Source: Callorhinchus milii (taxonomy: Eukaryota). From it: a DNA stretch of 64,000 bases. The stretch is taken from positions 49,726,001-49,790,000 of the forward strand of contig NW_024704742.1 of the NCBI RefSeq assembly GCF_018977255.1, written 5' to 3'. The notes below the pieces were generated by a model that made no database searches, was not told the origin of the DNA, and was given only the letters and a program-made list of their open reading frames with translations. Position 1 is the stretch's first letter. Each line of letters starts with the position of its first letter. Position numbers and translations under genes: made by a program. Below are positions 25,681 through 39,000 of this stretch, in pieces.

Positions 25681-26852
25681 AAAAAATAATTGCATGTATT
25701 AAAATTTAAAAAGGAAATACAATTTTTAAAAATAGCTGATGTAAAAGGTATAACAATCTGAAGTGATATATTCACTGCCTAAATAAAACATTGTTTAGGC
25801 AGTGAGCATGTTGTTTCAGCTGAGGTGATACAGCTTGATATGCAATATAATACAATGCAATTTACATTTATATAGCACCTCTCCACATCTCAGAGCATTT
25901 GCTACTGCTGAATTAGCACCTGAGCCAAGAGGGAGATGGATGGGGAGAGGAAAGGTGACTGAAAGCCCGGTCAAAGAGATACATTTTGAGATGTGTTTTC
26001 AAAGCCTGTCCGCTGAAAGTGGGACAGGTAGGGTGGGGGTCAGGAAGCAGGCCAGCGTTGCTGAGTGAAGGGAGCAGACAGGTCTTGTGGTTGAAGGAGG
26101 TCAACAGTACAAACACGTATCATGCTGGAGCTTCTTTCTTTACACCACCTAGAGAAAAGGTTTAAGGAGAATTGTAATTTGCAACTGCTTAACACCAAGG
26201 CGATGTGTACGAATCATACTGGCTTTAATCACTTATCTTTAATAAGATCAAAATAAACATAATGTTCGTTGTTATATGACTACAATGCTAAATTTCGGTG
26301 TTTGTTTCCTGTTTGTCCCCAATTGAAAGTGATGTGGAGCTAGAAAATATAACCTGGAGTGCTTTGCTGTATTGCTGTTTCACTCCTGGTAGTAAAACCA
26401 TAGCATCCATGGAACCAGCCAAATAGAAGTTTGGAGTGATTTGCAGTCAGCAGATTCACAAATGATTTAATTCTGCATCATATTAGAACACGTGTGCCAT
26501 CCTTTATTTAACAAGATGTGTCCATTTGTATAAGTTTGTGTCTTACAAAATCCAAAGTAAAGAAAAGGACCATTTTCAGAAATAATCCAACACAACTAAA
26601 TTGTAAAACGATAGAGATTTTACAGGTCATCATAAACTCTTTGAAAGAATAATTGATTCAGTCCCATTTATCTGCTTTTTTCCCATTTCCTCTGCAATTA
26701 ATTAAACATCTGATGTGAAAGCAAGTGTGCCAGAACGAATCATTGATTTGTCTTACTGGTGCTTTAGTTTTCTAAGGAAAGGAATTCTTTGGGCAGAGAA
26801 TTCCACTTAACTTTAGGCCGTAGAACCATTTTGCTTTAAAATGAAAGATGCT

Positions 26853-26959
26853 GCAAAATTATGGAAAATTCTTAAATTCAGGTTTAATTTGAAAATCGTC
26901 TATTTTTAAAAAATGTCTTTCAAATCAAGACTAATGTTAAGAATCTTCCACAATTCTGC
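26853..26959. repeat. ~105 bp imperfect palindrome, MITE-like family
   Basis: GCAAAATTATGGAAAATTCTTAA...TTAAGAATCTTCCACAATTCTGC. Related copies at 17464-17570 and 16231-16268. Confidence 0.7.
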
Positions 26960-28469
26960 TCATGTCAATGTAGTGACATTGATGATGTGTGATGAAAAAT
27001 CCCCTCAAGTGTTTAGCTTTTCAGTCGACCTTAACTCCACATTTCCATATGTCAGTTAAATGGGGCAACATAACTGGCAAACTATTGATTCACCATCACC
27101 AGTGATAATCAGCGGATTCAATGCAGGACCACGGATGATGTGATCATAGGTGTGAAATTTATGACATTTACCAAGGATGATCAAATTAAAATCTTTGTGA
27201 AATATCATGAATTTATAAATAATAATAATCATTGCATTTGATACATGGCCTTTCACATCGGAAGGACCTCTCAAAGTGCTTCATAAGATTTACTGTAAAG
27301 TGTAGTGTCTGTGAATTTGGGGTGAACTGACAGGCAATTTGCGCAAACAGCAATGTCCCACAAACAGCCATGACCAATTTTATTTGGGGGATTGTTTGTC
27401 AGGACAGAGAAAAAAACTTCCTTCTCTTTTTGAACAGCGCCATGGGGCTCTTTATTATCAACCAGCACTGGCAGATGGGACCTTAGTTAAATGTCTAAGA
27501 AGAAGTCTTTGCTGTTGAGCCAGAGGCTTCAACCTCTTTCTTCTTATTGACTCTGCCTGAAATCATCCCCTTCACATTGCATCTAGGTTTCCTGATTAGA
27601 AGTTGTCCTCCCAGAAACTGGAAGGAGCTGGTACCAGTCTTTGTACTTCTGAAATGAAAATGATCAAGATAAGGAGGAGATTAGATCTGTGATGAAGACC
27701 ATGGCCATTTGAGATGTACAGACGAACATAAGATTCCAGGGCCAATTTGAAGAGAAAAGGACATCCAGCCCCTTTCATCGTATTTGCGTCATCTAAATCC
27801 TATTGCAGAGCCTGATTTGACAAATCCTTTTTCCACTCTCCAAATTCAAGGTAATGTATTTCCGCCTACAAGAAAGAGAGACAGCGGAGGTCTAATTATA
27901 TGTATGTATTCAAGAAGCACTTCTCCCATGCAGGCTAGATGTTCCTGGTAGTGGTTTGTATGCTGCCCAATTTTTCATTGATATTTTGCCAGATCATTAG
28001 ACCATTGGCAGAAAAACTGATTTCCCACTGGAAGGGACATGTTTTTTAATGGCCTCTTTCCCTTCTGACAGCTGGAGTTTCAGGACAGCTGGAGTGGGGT
28101 GGAAGAGCAATAAAGAAATCTATCTTATTGTAACTTGTTATAACCCTGATCTCATTGCTTAAATTGCTTAAAGTTTCTTGCATGTGCTCTGCATGGCAAT
28201 GGCTAGGTTGTCAGTTTAAGTTCCTCCGGAACCTCATGTGCAAACATTTAGATAATTTAATCTGGTATTTCTGTCAATATTTAAAATATGGTAGACTGAC
28301 TTAATATTGTTAATAAAGCCAATAGTCCATTCCCCACATGGAAAATCCAGATCCCAGAATTTCTATCAGATTCAGGTTAGAAATGCAATATTTATCTTTT
28401 GCTTTGATCAGAGCTGGATGGAAACATGAAATCCCTGCAAAATTATCTCATTTTAATAGATGTCTTACA

Positions 28470-28780
28470 ACTCAATACAAGTTTACATTTTTATAGTGCC
28501 TTTCACACGTCCAAAAACACTTAACAGTACCGGCTGTGCACTTGAACTAGAGTGGGTGCCGAGGGGATGGGGAGAGGATAGAAGACCGAAAGCACTGTCA
28601 AAGATATAGATCTTGAGATGGAACTTGAAGGAGATGGGGAAGTGAGTGAAGGGGAGTCCAGTATGGAATTACAGAGGAAAAGTCAAAGCTGAAAGCCTTT
28701 GTGCTGATGGTGGGGCAGATATGATAGGGGACACGAAGCAGGCCGTTGCTCATTGAGCGAAGGGAGGGGCCAGATCGAGA
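28470..28780 (-). mobile_element. Old L2 3' fragment
   Basis: Reverse tail (ACAAGTTTACATTTTTATAGTGCCTTTCACACG) and purine-rich antisense of the L2 C-terminus. Similar old fragments occur at ~25850-26070 (-), 42640-42810 (+), 44110-44310 (+) and 56490-56620 (+). Confidence 0.65.
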
Positions 28781-28805
28781 GAGTTATTCCTTTGAAACAG
28801 AGTTA

Positions 28806-29281
28806 CAGTCAAACCTGGTTTCATCCACCATTCACGGGACTGGACCAAAGTGACCTTTATTTAAGGGTTGCCTCTGAGTAAGGAATTGTTGGTTTGTTAA
28901 CTGAGCCCGAAAATTAAAAAAAATTCCGCCAGCCACGTGCAGACTCCCGTTAGACTCTTGGCACAACACTGCCTGGTGAGATGGGAAGCTGTAGCCATCA
29001 AATGGGTTGTTCAGCGTGGAGTTGGTAAAAGTCCTAGGAGTCTAACCAGGTGTCTACATGTGAGCCCATGGATATTGTAATGCACTTAAATTCACTTACC
29101 TGGCTGCTGAAAAGGGTGTCTGTACACTGCCAGTGTTAAAAAACAGTGGCCATTGGTTGCGTTAGACAAGTGGTTGCTGAATAGAGATGGTTTATTAAGG
29201 AAATTAGTCTGGACTGTTCCAGGGTGGTTGTTGACAGCGGGTGGTTGCTGAAAATAGGTGGTTATTTTAACAGGTTGACTG
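28806..29281. mobile_element. Non-autonomous Tc1/mariner (pogo/Tc2-like) DNA transposon
   Basis: TA|CAGTCAAACCTG at the left end and CAGGTTGACTG|CA at the right end (imperfect TIR), with subterminal GTGGTTG(C/T)TGA repeats at 29170-29265. No transposase ORF. Confidence 0.7.
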
Positions 29282-30476
29282 CATTTATAAACACACAGAG
29301 GCAAAACCAAAACAGAACAGAAATGCTAGTCCAGTACACAACAAGTAAATCAATGCGTTGAGCGAACAGATCTGAATATTCCACTTGAGCATTCAGAGTT
29401 CACACTTTTATGAAGCTTTTATTCTGTTATTCAAAGAGCAGAGATATACTGTTGCATTTTACCATTGCAACCCAGCTTCTGAAACTTTCCTTCATCCAGA
29501 TGGTGACGACCAGCTGTTAAGCAAGCTTGTTGAGCATCATAAATAAAATAAGTTGGCAGCTTTTAGTAGGCTGTCCCATTGGACAAGTCTTCATGATCTC
29601 AAAAGGCATAGCACATCTCCACTTTCTCACTTTAGGCTCGCAATCTATGATCAGCCCCTTCGGCTATATAACTCAGAAGCTATATTTGGATCTGCTGTTG
29701 TCTCATTAGATGTAGTGTTGATTTGATCTAATGATGCAATAGAAAGACTTCATTGGGTCAGTCTTCAAACTTCTTGCTTCTGGCTCAGGTTCGCCAAACA
29801 ACAATACTGACTGCCGGAAACCAGCAGCAGTTCATATTTGTTTATTATTTTAAATGCCTATAAATACACAGTCAGTGCCCTTCACTGTAAAATCCTATGA
29901 AGAGCTTTGAGATGCCTCGACGAAAAGGTGCTACATCAAATGCAAAGATCATTTATTATCATTATCATTAATATTTTATTTTTACTCATTAAATACCACA
30001 ACAACTGTGGAGCAAAATTTGTGGTGTACGATAATTCGCTTTGGCAATAATTCTCACTGTGGCAACAGCTGTGCTCTCCCAGAACTTTGAAATGTTTCTA
30101 TCCTCACGGAGACCAAGGCTGAAAGGTTTGAGTGGGGGAAAAAAGAACATTTCTGGGCCATAGAGAATGCGATTGTTCCAGTCTTGTACAGATGTAAGAA
30201 AAATATCAAACTAAAGAAAACTTACAACAATGTAAACTCATAAAACAAGTTACCCACCAAAGGAATGACAATGAGAACATCTGTGAAGTGGAGGCACTTA
30301 GATCCCCAGTGTTAGACGAATGAGCTGTGAGTAACAATTAGACAAAATATGGCATTTCAGTCTTGAGAGAAGATGACTCAGGGGGGACCTTACAGAGACA
30401 TATGAAATTTTAAATAGGATTGAAAAAGTAATCTTATGTTGGATGCAACAAGACATAAGAACAAAAGGATAAACCT

Positions 30477-30762
30477 GTCTTTTGGATGAGACATTAAACC
30501 AAGGTCCCATCTGCCTGTTCGGGTGGATGTTAAAGATCCCACAGCACTATTTGAAAAGATAAGGGAGTTTTTCCTGGTGTCCTGGCCAACAATCCCCCAT
30601 ATAAAATTGATCACTCATTCCATGGCTGTTTGTGGGACATTGTTCTGTGTAAACTGGCTGTCGCATTTCACCCACAAAAATGCTTTACAGTATATCCTGT
30701 GAAGTGCTTTAAGACACCTCAATGTACGTGATAAGGTGCTATATCAAATGCAAGGATTATAA
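30477..30762 (+). mobile_element. DeuSINE/SacSINE1-like SINE, headless
   Basis: GGATGAGACATTAAACCAAGGTCCCATCTGCC..GTGGATGTTAAAGATCCCACAGCACTATTTGAA..GGTGTCCTGGCCAAC, typical of the Deu domain, plus an L2-like tail. Confidence 0.8.
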
Positions 30763-33242
30763 TAAGTTTATAGTTGTAAATAGATAGATACTAGGACAGA
30801 TACTAGGATGTTTTTCTGTATAAGCCAATGTGCCAGGCTGGCTGTGCTGTCATCAGTAGTACCCTGGAATACTGCGGACCCATCTGGCTCAGGAACCATG
30901 ATCTCCACAGGGCTGGCTCGATTCCGACATTGCTAAACATGCCACTTTGGAACCAGTTCAGCTCCAAGGAGACCCCACTAGTTGGTTGTTCAACATCCAA
31001 CAAGCATGGGTTTGAGCCCTCACTAGGTAGATGGTAGGTACTAGGAACTCCCTGCGAGCTTCCCGGTGGGCAACGCATCTCAGCACGAAGTGTGTGAGAG
31101 CATTGCCATTTGAAGGCATACCTCTTCAATTGTGCCTATGGCCACCCTCCTCTCCTTTTCTTCCTTGCTTGGCGTCCAACCTCATCTCTGTATAACACTC
31201 CAAGATGCAATGAGTACAGTTTACATTTCATCTTTTGTGTTGGTTTGCATAGTATTTTGTCAGTGTTCTCAGTATTCAGCATTCTGTAAAGTCATAATTC
31301 TTTGTTAACAAGTCTGTAATTCATTTGCGATTGCAAATGACCTTTAGCTATTTATTCAGTGTTGACATTATTTGTTTTTTTTATAACTGATATATTCCTA
31401 CTCCAGGATTATTATTTTATTGCTTTGCATTCCTGCCAGTGCATCCTTGCTTTGAGACTTCAGCATATTCCTGCTTTGAAACTCCATAGGTAAAATGCAT
31501 TTTTTTGAAACTTGCAAGGCAATAACAGGCAACAATGGCACATTGCATTAAATTTTGACTGTGTCAGTTTATAGAAGAAAGGGAGACAGCAAGGTGACTG
31601 GGTGGTTGTGGTGAAGTATGGTGGTTACATTTGCAAGAATGATGTACACGGCTACAACTTGAATGCTGGATTAACATAGATCAAATGTGTATTTTGTCTC
31701 AGAAAAAAACCTCACAAGATAGCAAAAGTAGGATTATTAAAATAACATGTCACAGCATCTTAAGCCTGTCTCAGAAGTTGCCCATATGCACTGGTAAAAA
31801 TTATATAAAATGTAACATTGCTTAAAGTTCTGGTTCAAGTCAAATCAGCTTTAGGAAGGTTAGGGGATTAACTGAATAGGCTGCAAAAAAAACCTCAACA
31901 CATTCAAGATCTGAATAATCTTGGTATTAAGGCTATAAGGAACTATCTCAGTCGATGGAAATTGTATTCTCTGTAAATGCTATTTCAGTGGTGACAATCC
32001 CTTTGCCTACCCCACTCTCTAAGCATGGTTATTTAAAGATCAATGAGGATTCCACATTCTCAGGAGGACCTGGAGGACCGGCAAATCAATAAAACCGTCT
32101 CGAGTGCAAGCTAAACTAGAATTAAGTAACATTTTAAATTCCAGTAAAAATTGCCACTGCACAGAATTCACAGCAAGTCCACCACAAATGTCATTGTCCA
32201 ACGTTATATCACATCCCTACTTCCTTTCGTACATAAAAATAATTGCATCAGGATTGCACGAAGTTAATTTTCATATATTACAACAGAATGGAATGCACAT
32301 TCTGTTTGGTGTCTGAATTTTTTACTGGATGAATAGACTACCAAAGTAAAGAATAGGAGCAGTATATTCAATCTAAATGATAGTTCAGTCTCTCGGGAAC
32401 ATTTTCACTGTCAGGCACATCTGTTAATATGCCACAGGGGTTTGAACTCGGTGCAGCATTTTGTTAAGTAAAATACCAGAAAGGAAGAAGGGCTAAATCT
32501 GATGCTTTCACAAATCACTCTAAATTCTTTCTGTATGACTGCTTTGAATGGACAAAATATGTTTACTGTTATTTTGCTTGAGGGAAACATTAGATTTAGG
32601 CTCCACAGTGTTCCCACTGCAATGCAGCACAAGCTCACCACTACAGAGTGACGGAATGCAGGTTTAATTTCCCTTCTCTGCTTTACTCCTGTTATCAGCT
32701 ACACAACTTACAAGAGACGCTGAGTGAAAGCCAAGTAGTTCACTCAGGAAGAAATAGATCAACGGTTTCCAACAGATCACTTTCACCTGTCGCAAGTGAG
32801 AGTTGAGGAGAGAAAATAATTTTTTTTTGAAACTTTACGGCTCTTAGTAAGAAGTTTACAACACATAGGACAGAGTTTTAAAAAAATGCACCTGTAAAAA
32901 AAAGGGAATAAGAGAATAGAAGAAAGAAAAATGAAGATAAAAAGTTGCTTTTAATATTTATTCTCATATTTTAGTGCGATAAATACACACATAAATTGAT
33001 CATAATCTTTAAGAAATGTACTGCTGTAATATAGTATGTTACTTTTCTGTTTTTTTGAAATAGTGCCAAGGAATCTTTAAAGTTCACCTGAATAGGCAGA
33101 CGGTCCCTTGTTTTAATATCTCATCTGAAGGACAGCATCTCCAGCTGCTTCCTGGGGAATCTAATGTCATGGGATCGTTAACATCCACCTTAAGAATAGC
33201 AAATGGAATCTCGATTTAATGTCTCCATCTAAAGTCAGCCCT

Positions 33243-33383
33243 TCTCTACCCCCTCCTCGCTCCCTCCCTTCCCTCCCCTCACCCTGACCATTTCCCCCCT
33301 GCTCGGGTCTCGACCCAACTGTCCAGCGCCTTGGGACGTCCTCCCGACGTGAAAGTCGCTCTATAAATGCAATCTTATTGTTG
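33243..33383 (+). mobile_element. Short young L2 3' end (type A)
   Basis: Near-identical to the 3' UTR and stem-loop of the full-length copy. Confidence 0.9.
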
Positions 33384-33626
33384 TATCCTGTTGTTCAACA
33401 ATGCAGCACTCCACCAGGAGTCTTAACCTAGACTATCAAGTCCTGATGTGCAATTTGAAGCCATTAACTGCTGACCCAGAGGTGAGAGAATTACAGTATC
33501 AACTGAGTAAAAATGACCAATGTGACGGAATTCAATACAATATAAATATACTCATTGCATATAATTAATTGTTGCTAATCAGTCTTTACAATTGTTCACT
33601 AATCCAGCTCATATTCCCATTCAGTC

Positions 33627-33865
33627 TTTGGGCAAGTTTCCTTACTCCACACTCCTGATAATAATCCCTCAAGAAAAAAAAATTGGTCACTTCAATCCAC
33701 AACTGATTGTGGGACATTGCTGTGTGCAATTGGCTGCCGCATTTCACCCAGAAAAATACAGTCAATTCACTTTACAGTCTATTCTGTGAAGCACTTTGAG
33801 ACATCTAGAAGACGTGAAAAAGCGCTATATCAAATGCAAGGATTATTATTATTATATTATTATTA
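33627..33865 (+). mobile_element. tRNA-Ala SINE, short form, headless
   Basis: TTGGGCAAGTTTCCTTACTCCACAC..GAGACATCTAGAAGACGTGAAAAAGCGCT..(ATT)n. Confidence 0.88.
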
Positions 33866-35379
33866 AAAAGGTAGCAAACCTGCTCCCTCCAAAGCTTATG
33901 CAAAATGTACTTGTAAATAAGCTTAATGTTCTGCAGTTCCCTCCTTGAGGTGCACTTGAAGTCCGGATGGGTTGTTTCTAATGGTCATGACATTTATGCT
34001 ATATTTTTCCCATTCCAGCCCTTTTTCAACCCATTGAACTGTTTAGCCGAGCCACCAGTTAGATGCAAAATTGTGCAGAAGCCATTGAGCCTCAGCTTTA
34101 ATGCATTGATCCTGTTGTCAGGATAATAATGCGATCATTCTTGTATTTGATATGGTGCCTTATTACATCATCGAGACGTATCAAAGCGCTTCACGCTTGT
34201 GGTGTGACTATGTGCATTTTGGAGGTGACTGTGCATTTTGCAGGTGAACGCTGCAACAAATGGTCTCAGCAATTGAACAATGTCACACAAACTAATTTTC
34301 TCCCGGTACCACTTCAGAAAGCTATTGAACAGGGCTGATAGTTTACCAGAAATAGATACATTTCATTTTTTTAATATATTTTCATTCCGTAACTTGAATT
34401 CTCATGCTTTATGTCATTGAATAAAATAAACTGCATAGACTTTAGTATTAATATACATCCAGGCATTAAGTGAAGAAAACAACACATCTTAAAACTGTTT
34501 CCGGGTTTTCTGAATAAAGCATAAATAAAGCATTTGAGAGCAAATTACGTATATATATTTCAGAAAATGTAGAAATATATAAGGCCAGAAGAGATATTAA
34601 TGAGACGTGGCATAGTGTGAGTTGTGCATTTGAGGAGAGCAAAATATTAGCAATAACATATCAGAATTTAAAAGGTGAAATCAGGACTTTCAGTCTCAAA
34701 AACAATTCCAAATCTTATTAGTAAGTATAATGCACTATAATATACTTGTGAGCGGGTGAAGGAAATGATCCTCTTTGTTCATGACCATTTATAATGACTT
34801 GTAATTATGCAGCAATGAGTCTTCTGACAATTTTGAATGAGTGTTACAGCTGCATGTTGCAAAACGTACTGATGTAGCGGGTGGATTATAGCGCTGTACT
34901 CAAGCAAGTCACGGACAATTCACCAGAAGACTTTTAAAGATCATTTAACACCAGATGATAAATTGACCCTCAATGCCTCAGTACATACTTCCCATAAGAA
35001 AACAATATTTTCTTTCAGTTTTATAGATTCTAGAAAAGCTTTTTTGGTTATTCTTTACTCCCCCATAGAAAAGTAGAGGTAAAAAAAATGTTTATAGTTT
35101 AATAAAAATCTATACACTTAGAAATCAAAAATGGTTTTGATAAATCTACTTTTTTGTATTGGGCTTAAAACAAGGATGGGAAGAAGAATCTGAAGGAACA
35201 AGTGTTTTTTTTGTAATGTTAATTTAATTGATTTATTGAATGTATTTGAAGTATTGAAGGCCAGATGTGGATTCACAGATTTTGTAACTTTAAGAATAAA
35301 CAGAGGGGCTGAAGAGAAAAATGTTATATTCCTATTGTATCACATAGAAATAATGAGATTTAACTTCCAGTGATTCATG

Positions 35380-35675
35380 ACAATATTCCTTAATGAGGAC
35401 TTAAATGGGAAATCCTTCCGGTGACCAGAAGTTTTAGGAGGAACAATTTGACGCAGTGGGAAGTGAGACTATGGAACTCACAGCCTGAAGTGGCGCATGA
35501 ATCAGGTAGTATAAATGCATTCAAGAGGAAGCTAGACCTTCAGATGAGGGAGAGAAGAGAAGGGTATGGGAGGGAGTAAGGAATGGGTGAAGTCTCATGT
35601 GGAGAATAATCATCGGTATAAACTAGTTGGGTCGATTGACCAGTTTCTGTGCTGTACATTCCTTGTAAGTACATT
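35380..35675 (+). mobile_element. CR1 3' end
   Basis: CTATGGAACTCACAGCC..GCATTCAAGAGGAAGCTAGA and 3' UTR TTGGGTCGATTGACCAGTTTCTGTGCTGTACATTCCTTGTAA. A related 3' end is at ~56930-57068. Confidence 0.75.
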
Positions 35676-35742
35676 AGGAAACCTTGAGTCGGGGAGCGGC
35701 GGCAGGTCAGCGCGGGGAGGAGCCTGGGCCTACCTACCCAGG

Positions 35743-35823
35743 TATTTAAACTCGACGCCAGAGTGAGATCAGCTAGGGGGGGGGGGAGAGGTGTGGGGCG
35801 GAGTGGGGGAACCGCTGACGTCA
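35743..35823 (+). promoter_or_regulatory. Putative internal promoter of the L2 5' UTR
   Basis: TATTTAAA (35743-35750), GC box GGGGCGGAG (35795-35803) and palindromic CRE TGACGTCA (35816-35823) are clustered in the CpG-rich leader. Function is inferred only. Confidence 0.4.
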
Positions 35824-36002
35824 TAGATTAGTTTTCAGGTGCGTGCGCGCGCAACAAAAAAAAAACAAAAAAAACCCTCTGCGCCCCCCCCCCCCCCAGG
35901 GCTCACATCAGAGCCCACTATGGTCCTGTTGGGTTGGCTGCCCCAATCTACGGGATAATGCCATCCACCTGACCGCTCGCTCCCGGTCCCCGCGTGCGCA
36001 CT

Positions 36003-39000
36003 ATGGCTGCCGCTTTGACCCGAGCCCCCTCACCCCCTCCCTCCCGCCCCCCTCCTCTCTCCCCCCAAACCCTCCCCCTTCTGCATCTCTCCCGCTCTCT
36101 CCTCCTCTCTCTCCGTCCCTCTCGTCTTCTATCCCCACTTGACCCTCCCACAACCTCCCTCTGCTCCAGCCTGGGAATCCTCCGCCGGGCTCACCGTGGC
36201 ACTCGGCGTTGGCTGTCCAGCAGCAGCCACACCGACTGCCCCATTCCCCACCACACTCGCCACCCACCCCGGACACAGACCCGGGGAGTCAACCTCTCCT
36301 CCCTTATCCCCATCCCCCCACCCCTGCCTCACAACCTGGACCCCCCTCCCCTCCCACACACCCTTCTGTCAACCGCTCCCTCCACATCGGACTGCAAAAT
36401 GTCCGCTCCCTCTGCAACAAGGCCCTGGTCATCAACGATCTCATCCTTGATGAGAACGTTGATATCATGGCCTTAACAGAAACCTGGCTCACCCCAGGCG
36501 ACACCTTCCCCCTCACGGAGGCCACGCCACCCGGCTACACCTCCCACCACATCCCCCGCCCCAACCGCCGTGGCGGTGGTGTTGCCCTTATCTCAAGGAC
36601 ACCACTTGCCCTATCCCCCTACTCCACTGGCTCTTTCCCCTCCTTTGAGCACCTCACCCTCTCCCACCCCTCATTCCTCTCCCTTAAAATCCTCCTCCTC
36701 TACCGGCCCCCTAAAACCTCTCCCACCTTCATCTCTGACATTTCAACACTCCTCACATCTCTTTGCCTCTGCTCTGATCGCCTCATCATCCTGGGCGACT
36801 TTAACCTACACTTCACCCCCTCCTGCTCCATCTCCACAGACTTCTCTTCCCTGCTCTCCTCACTCAACCTCTCCTTACACATAAACTCCCCCACTCACAG
36901 TCACGGCCACCCACTCGATTTGGTGATCACCCGGGGCCTCAGTGTCTCGGATGTCACTATTACCGACAAGGCCATCTCTGACCACTACTTCATCTCCTTC
37001 ACCACCTCCACCAGACCCACCACCATCTTCTACCGCCCTTGGAAGAAGTTACCCCCACAATCCCTAACCGATGCCTTGGAGTCCTCTGAACTCCTCTCCC
37101 TCTGGCCTTCAACCCTCACCGACCCCTCTTCTCCTCTCTCCCTCCTCCACAATACCCTCTCCTCCACACTCGATACTCTTGCCCCCATCACTTCCCGCAC
37201 TGTCTCCTACTCCCGCTCCTCCCCCTGGTACACCACCCACCTCCGCTCACTGAAAAGCCAGGTGCGGGCTGCTGAACGCACCTGTGTCAAATCTGGCCTA
37301 ACGGTCCACCGACAAATCTGGCTGGACCTCCTCAAAATTTACCGCTCCACTCTAGCCTCGGCCAAGTCGTCCTTCTACTCCAGGATAATCCAGGTAAAGA
37401 ACAACCCCAGGCTACTGTTTTCCACCACAACCCGACTCCTCCGTCCCCCCCGCCACCCCGCGCAGGTCATCTCCTCCAACCTTCACTGCGAGGAGATGCT
37501 GGATTTCCTTGAATCCAAGATCAAGGGAATTCGCTCCGCGGTCACTTCCCCTCCAACATCCACCAACCCCCCACCCCCTCACTCCCACACTCCGACTGCT
37601 ACCCATCCTCCCCTACTCACTTTTGTACCCGTTTCCCCACCCTCTGTCACCAAACTCATCCTATCCCTGAAACCAACCACCTGCTCCCTTGACCCCATCC
37701 CCACTCCACTCCTTATCTCCCAGCTCCACTTTCTTGCCCCACATATCACCGACATCGTCAACCTGTCCCTCTCCTCTGGCTCTGTCCCCATTCCCTTAAA
37801 AACTGCCACCATCACGCCCACCCTGAAAAAACCCTCCCTTGATGCGTCGCAGCTATCAAGCTACCGGCCCATCTCCAACCTCCCCTTTCTCTCCAAGGTC
37901 CTGGAAAGAGTTGTCGCCTCCCAACTGCGCTCTTTCCTTTCCACCCATTCACTTTTCGAACCCCTTCAGTCAGGTTTCCGTGCTGCCCATAGCACAGAAA
38001 CTGCCCTGGTCAAGGTCACCAATGATATCCTGACCATCTGTGACCAGGGCTCCCTCTGCCTCCTCGTCCTCCTCGACCTATCGGCAGCATTCGATACGGT
38101 CGACCACGCTATCCTACTCCACCGCTTGTCCTCCCACCTCAACCTTCAAGGCACTGTCCTTGAATGGTTTAGGTCGTACCTTTCTCACCGTCTTCACTTT
38201 GTCTCGACAAATGGCTTCTCCTCCACCCCCCGCACTGTCTCATGTGGTGTCCCTCAGGGCTCTGTCCTCGGTCCCCTCCTCTTCACCCTCTATATGCTCC
38301 CCCTCGGTGACATCATCCGCAGACATGGAGTTAACTTCCACATGTATGCGGATGACACCCAACTCTACCTTTCCTCCTCTACTCTCAACTCCACGACCAC
38401 CGATGTCCTGACAGCCTGCCTGTCCGACATCGAGTCCTGGACGAGAGACAACTTTCTTCAGCTCAACGTGCGAAAAACCGAGGCCCTCCTGATTGGCTCA
38501 CGTCAGCGCCTCCGCACCTCAGGCGCTGACACCATCAGCATCCAAGGCTGCACTCTCCACCTCTCAAAGCCAGTCAGGAACCTCGGCGTTTTGTTCGACC
38601 CTGAGCTGTCCTTTCTCCCTCACATCCGCACCACAACTGGCACCGCCTTCCATCACCTCCGGAACATCGCCAGACTACGGCACTACCTCACCCCTCACGC
38701 TGCTGAAACCCTGGTCCACGCCTTTGTCACCTCAAGGCTGGACTATGGGAACTCTCTCCTCGCCGGCCTCCCCGGCACCTCCCTCCACAAGCTGCAGGTC
38801 ATTCAGAACTCTGCAGCTCGTGTACTGTCCCGCACCAGGCTTCGCGACCACATCACTCCCACCCTCGCTCGCCTCCACTGGCTCCCCATCCCCCAGAGGA
38901 TTGATTTCAAGATCCTCATCCTCACCTACAAGGCCATTCACGGCCTTGCTCCCTCCTACCTCTCTAACCTACTATCCCCCTACCTACCTGCCCGTACCCT

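Noticed and set aside
35687..35775. HDV-like self-cleaving ribozyme at the LINE 5' end
   Set aside because: Only one short hairpin is evident, and I could not build the nested double pseudoknot by eye.
36341..36347. Programmed -1 ribosomal frameshift
   Set aside because: C CCC CCT is not a canonical slippery heptamer. A homopolymer indel or sequencing error is simpler.
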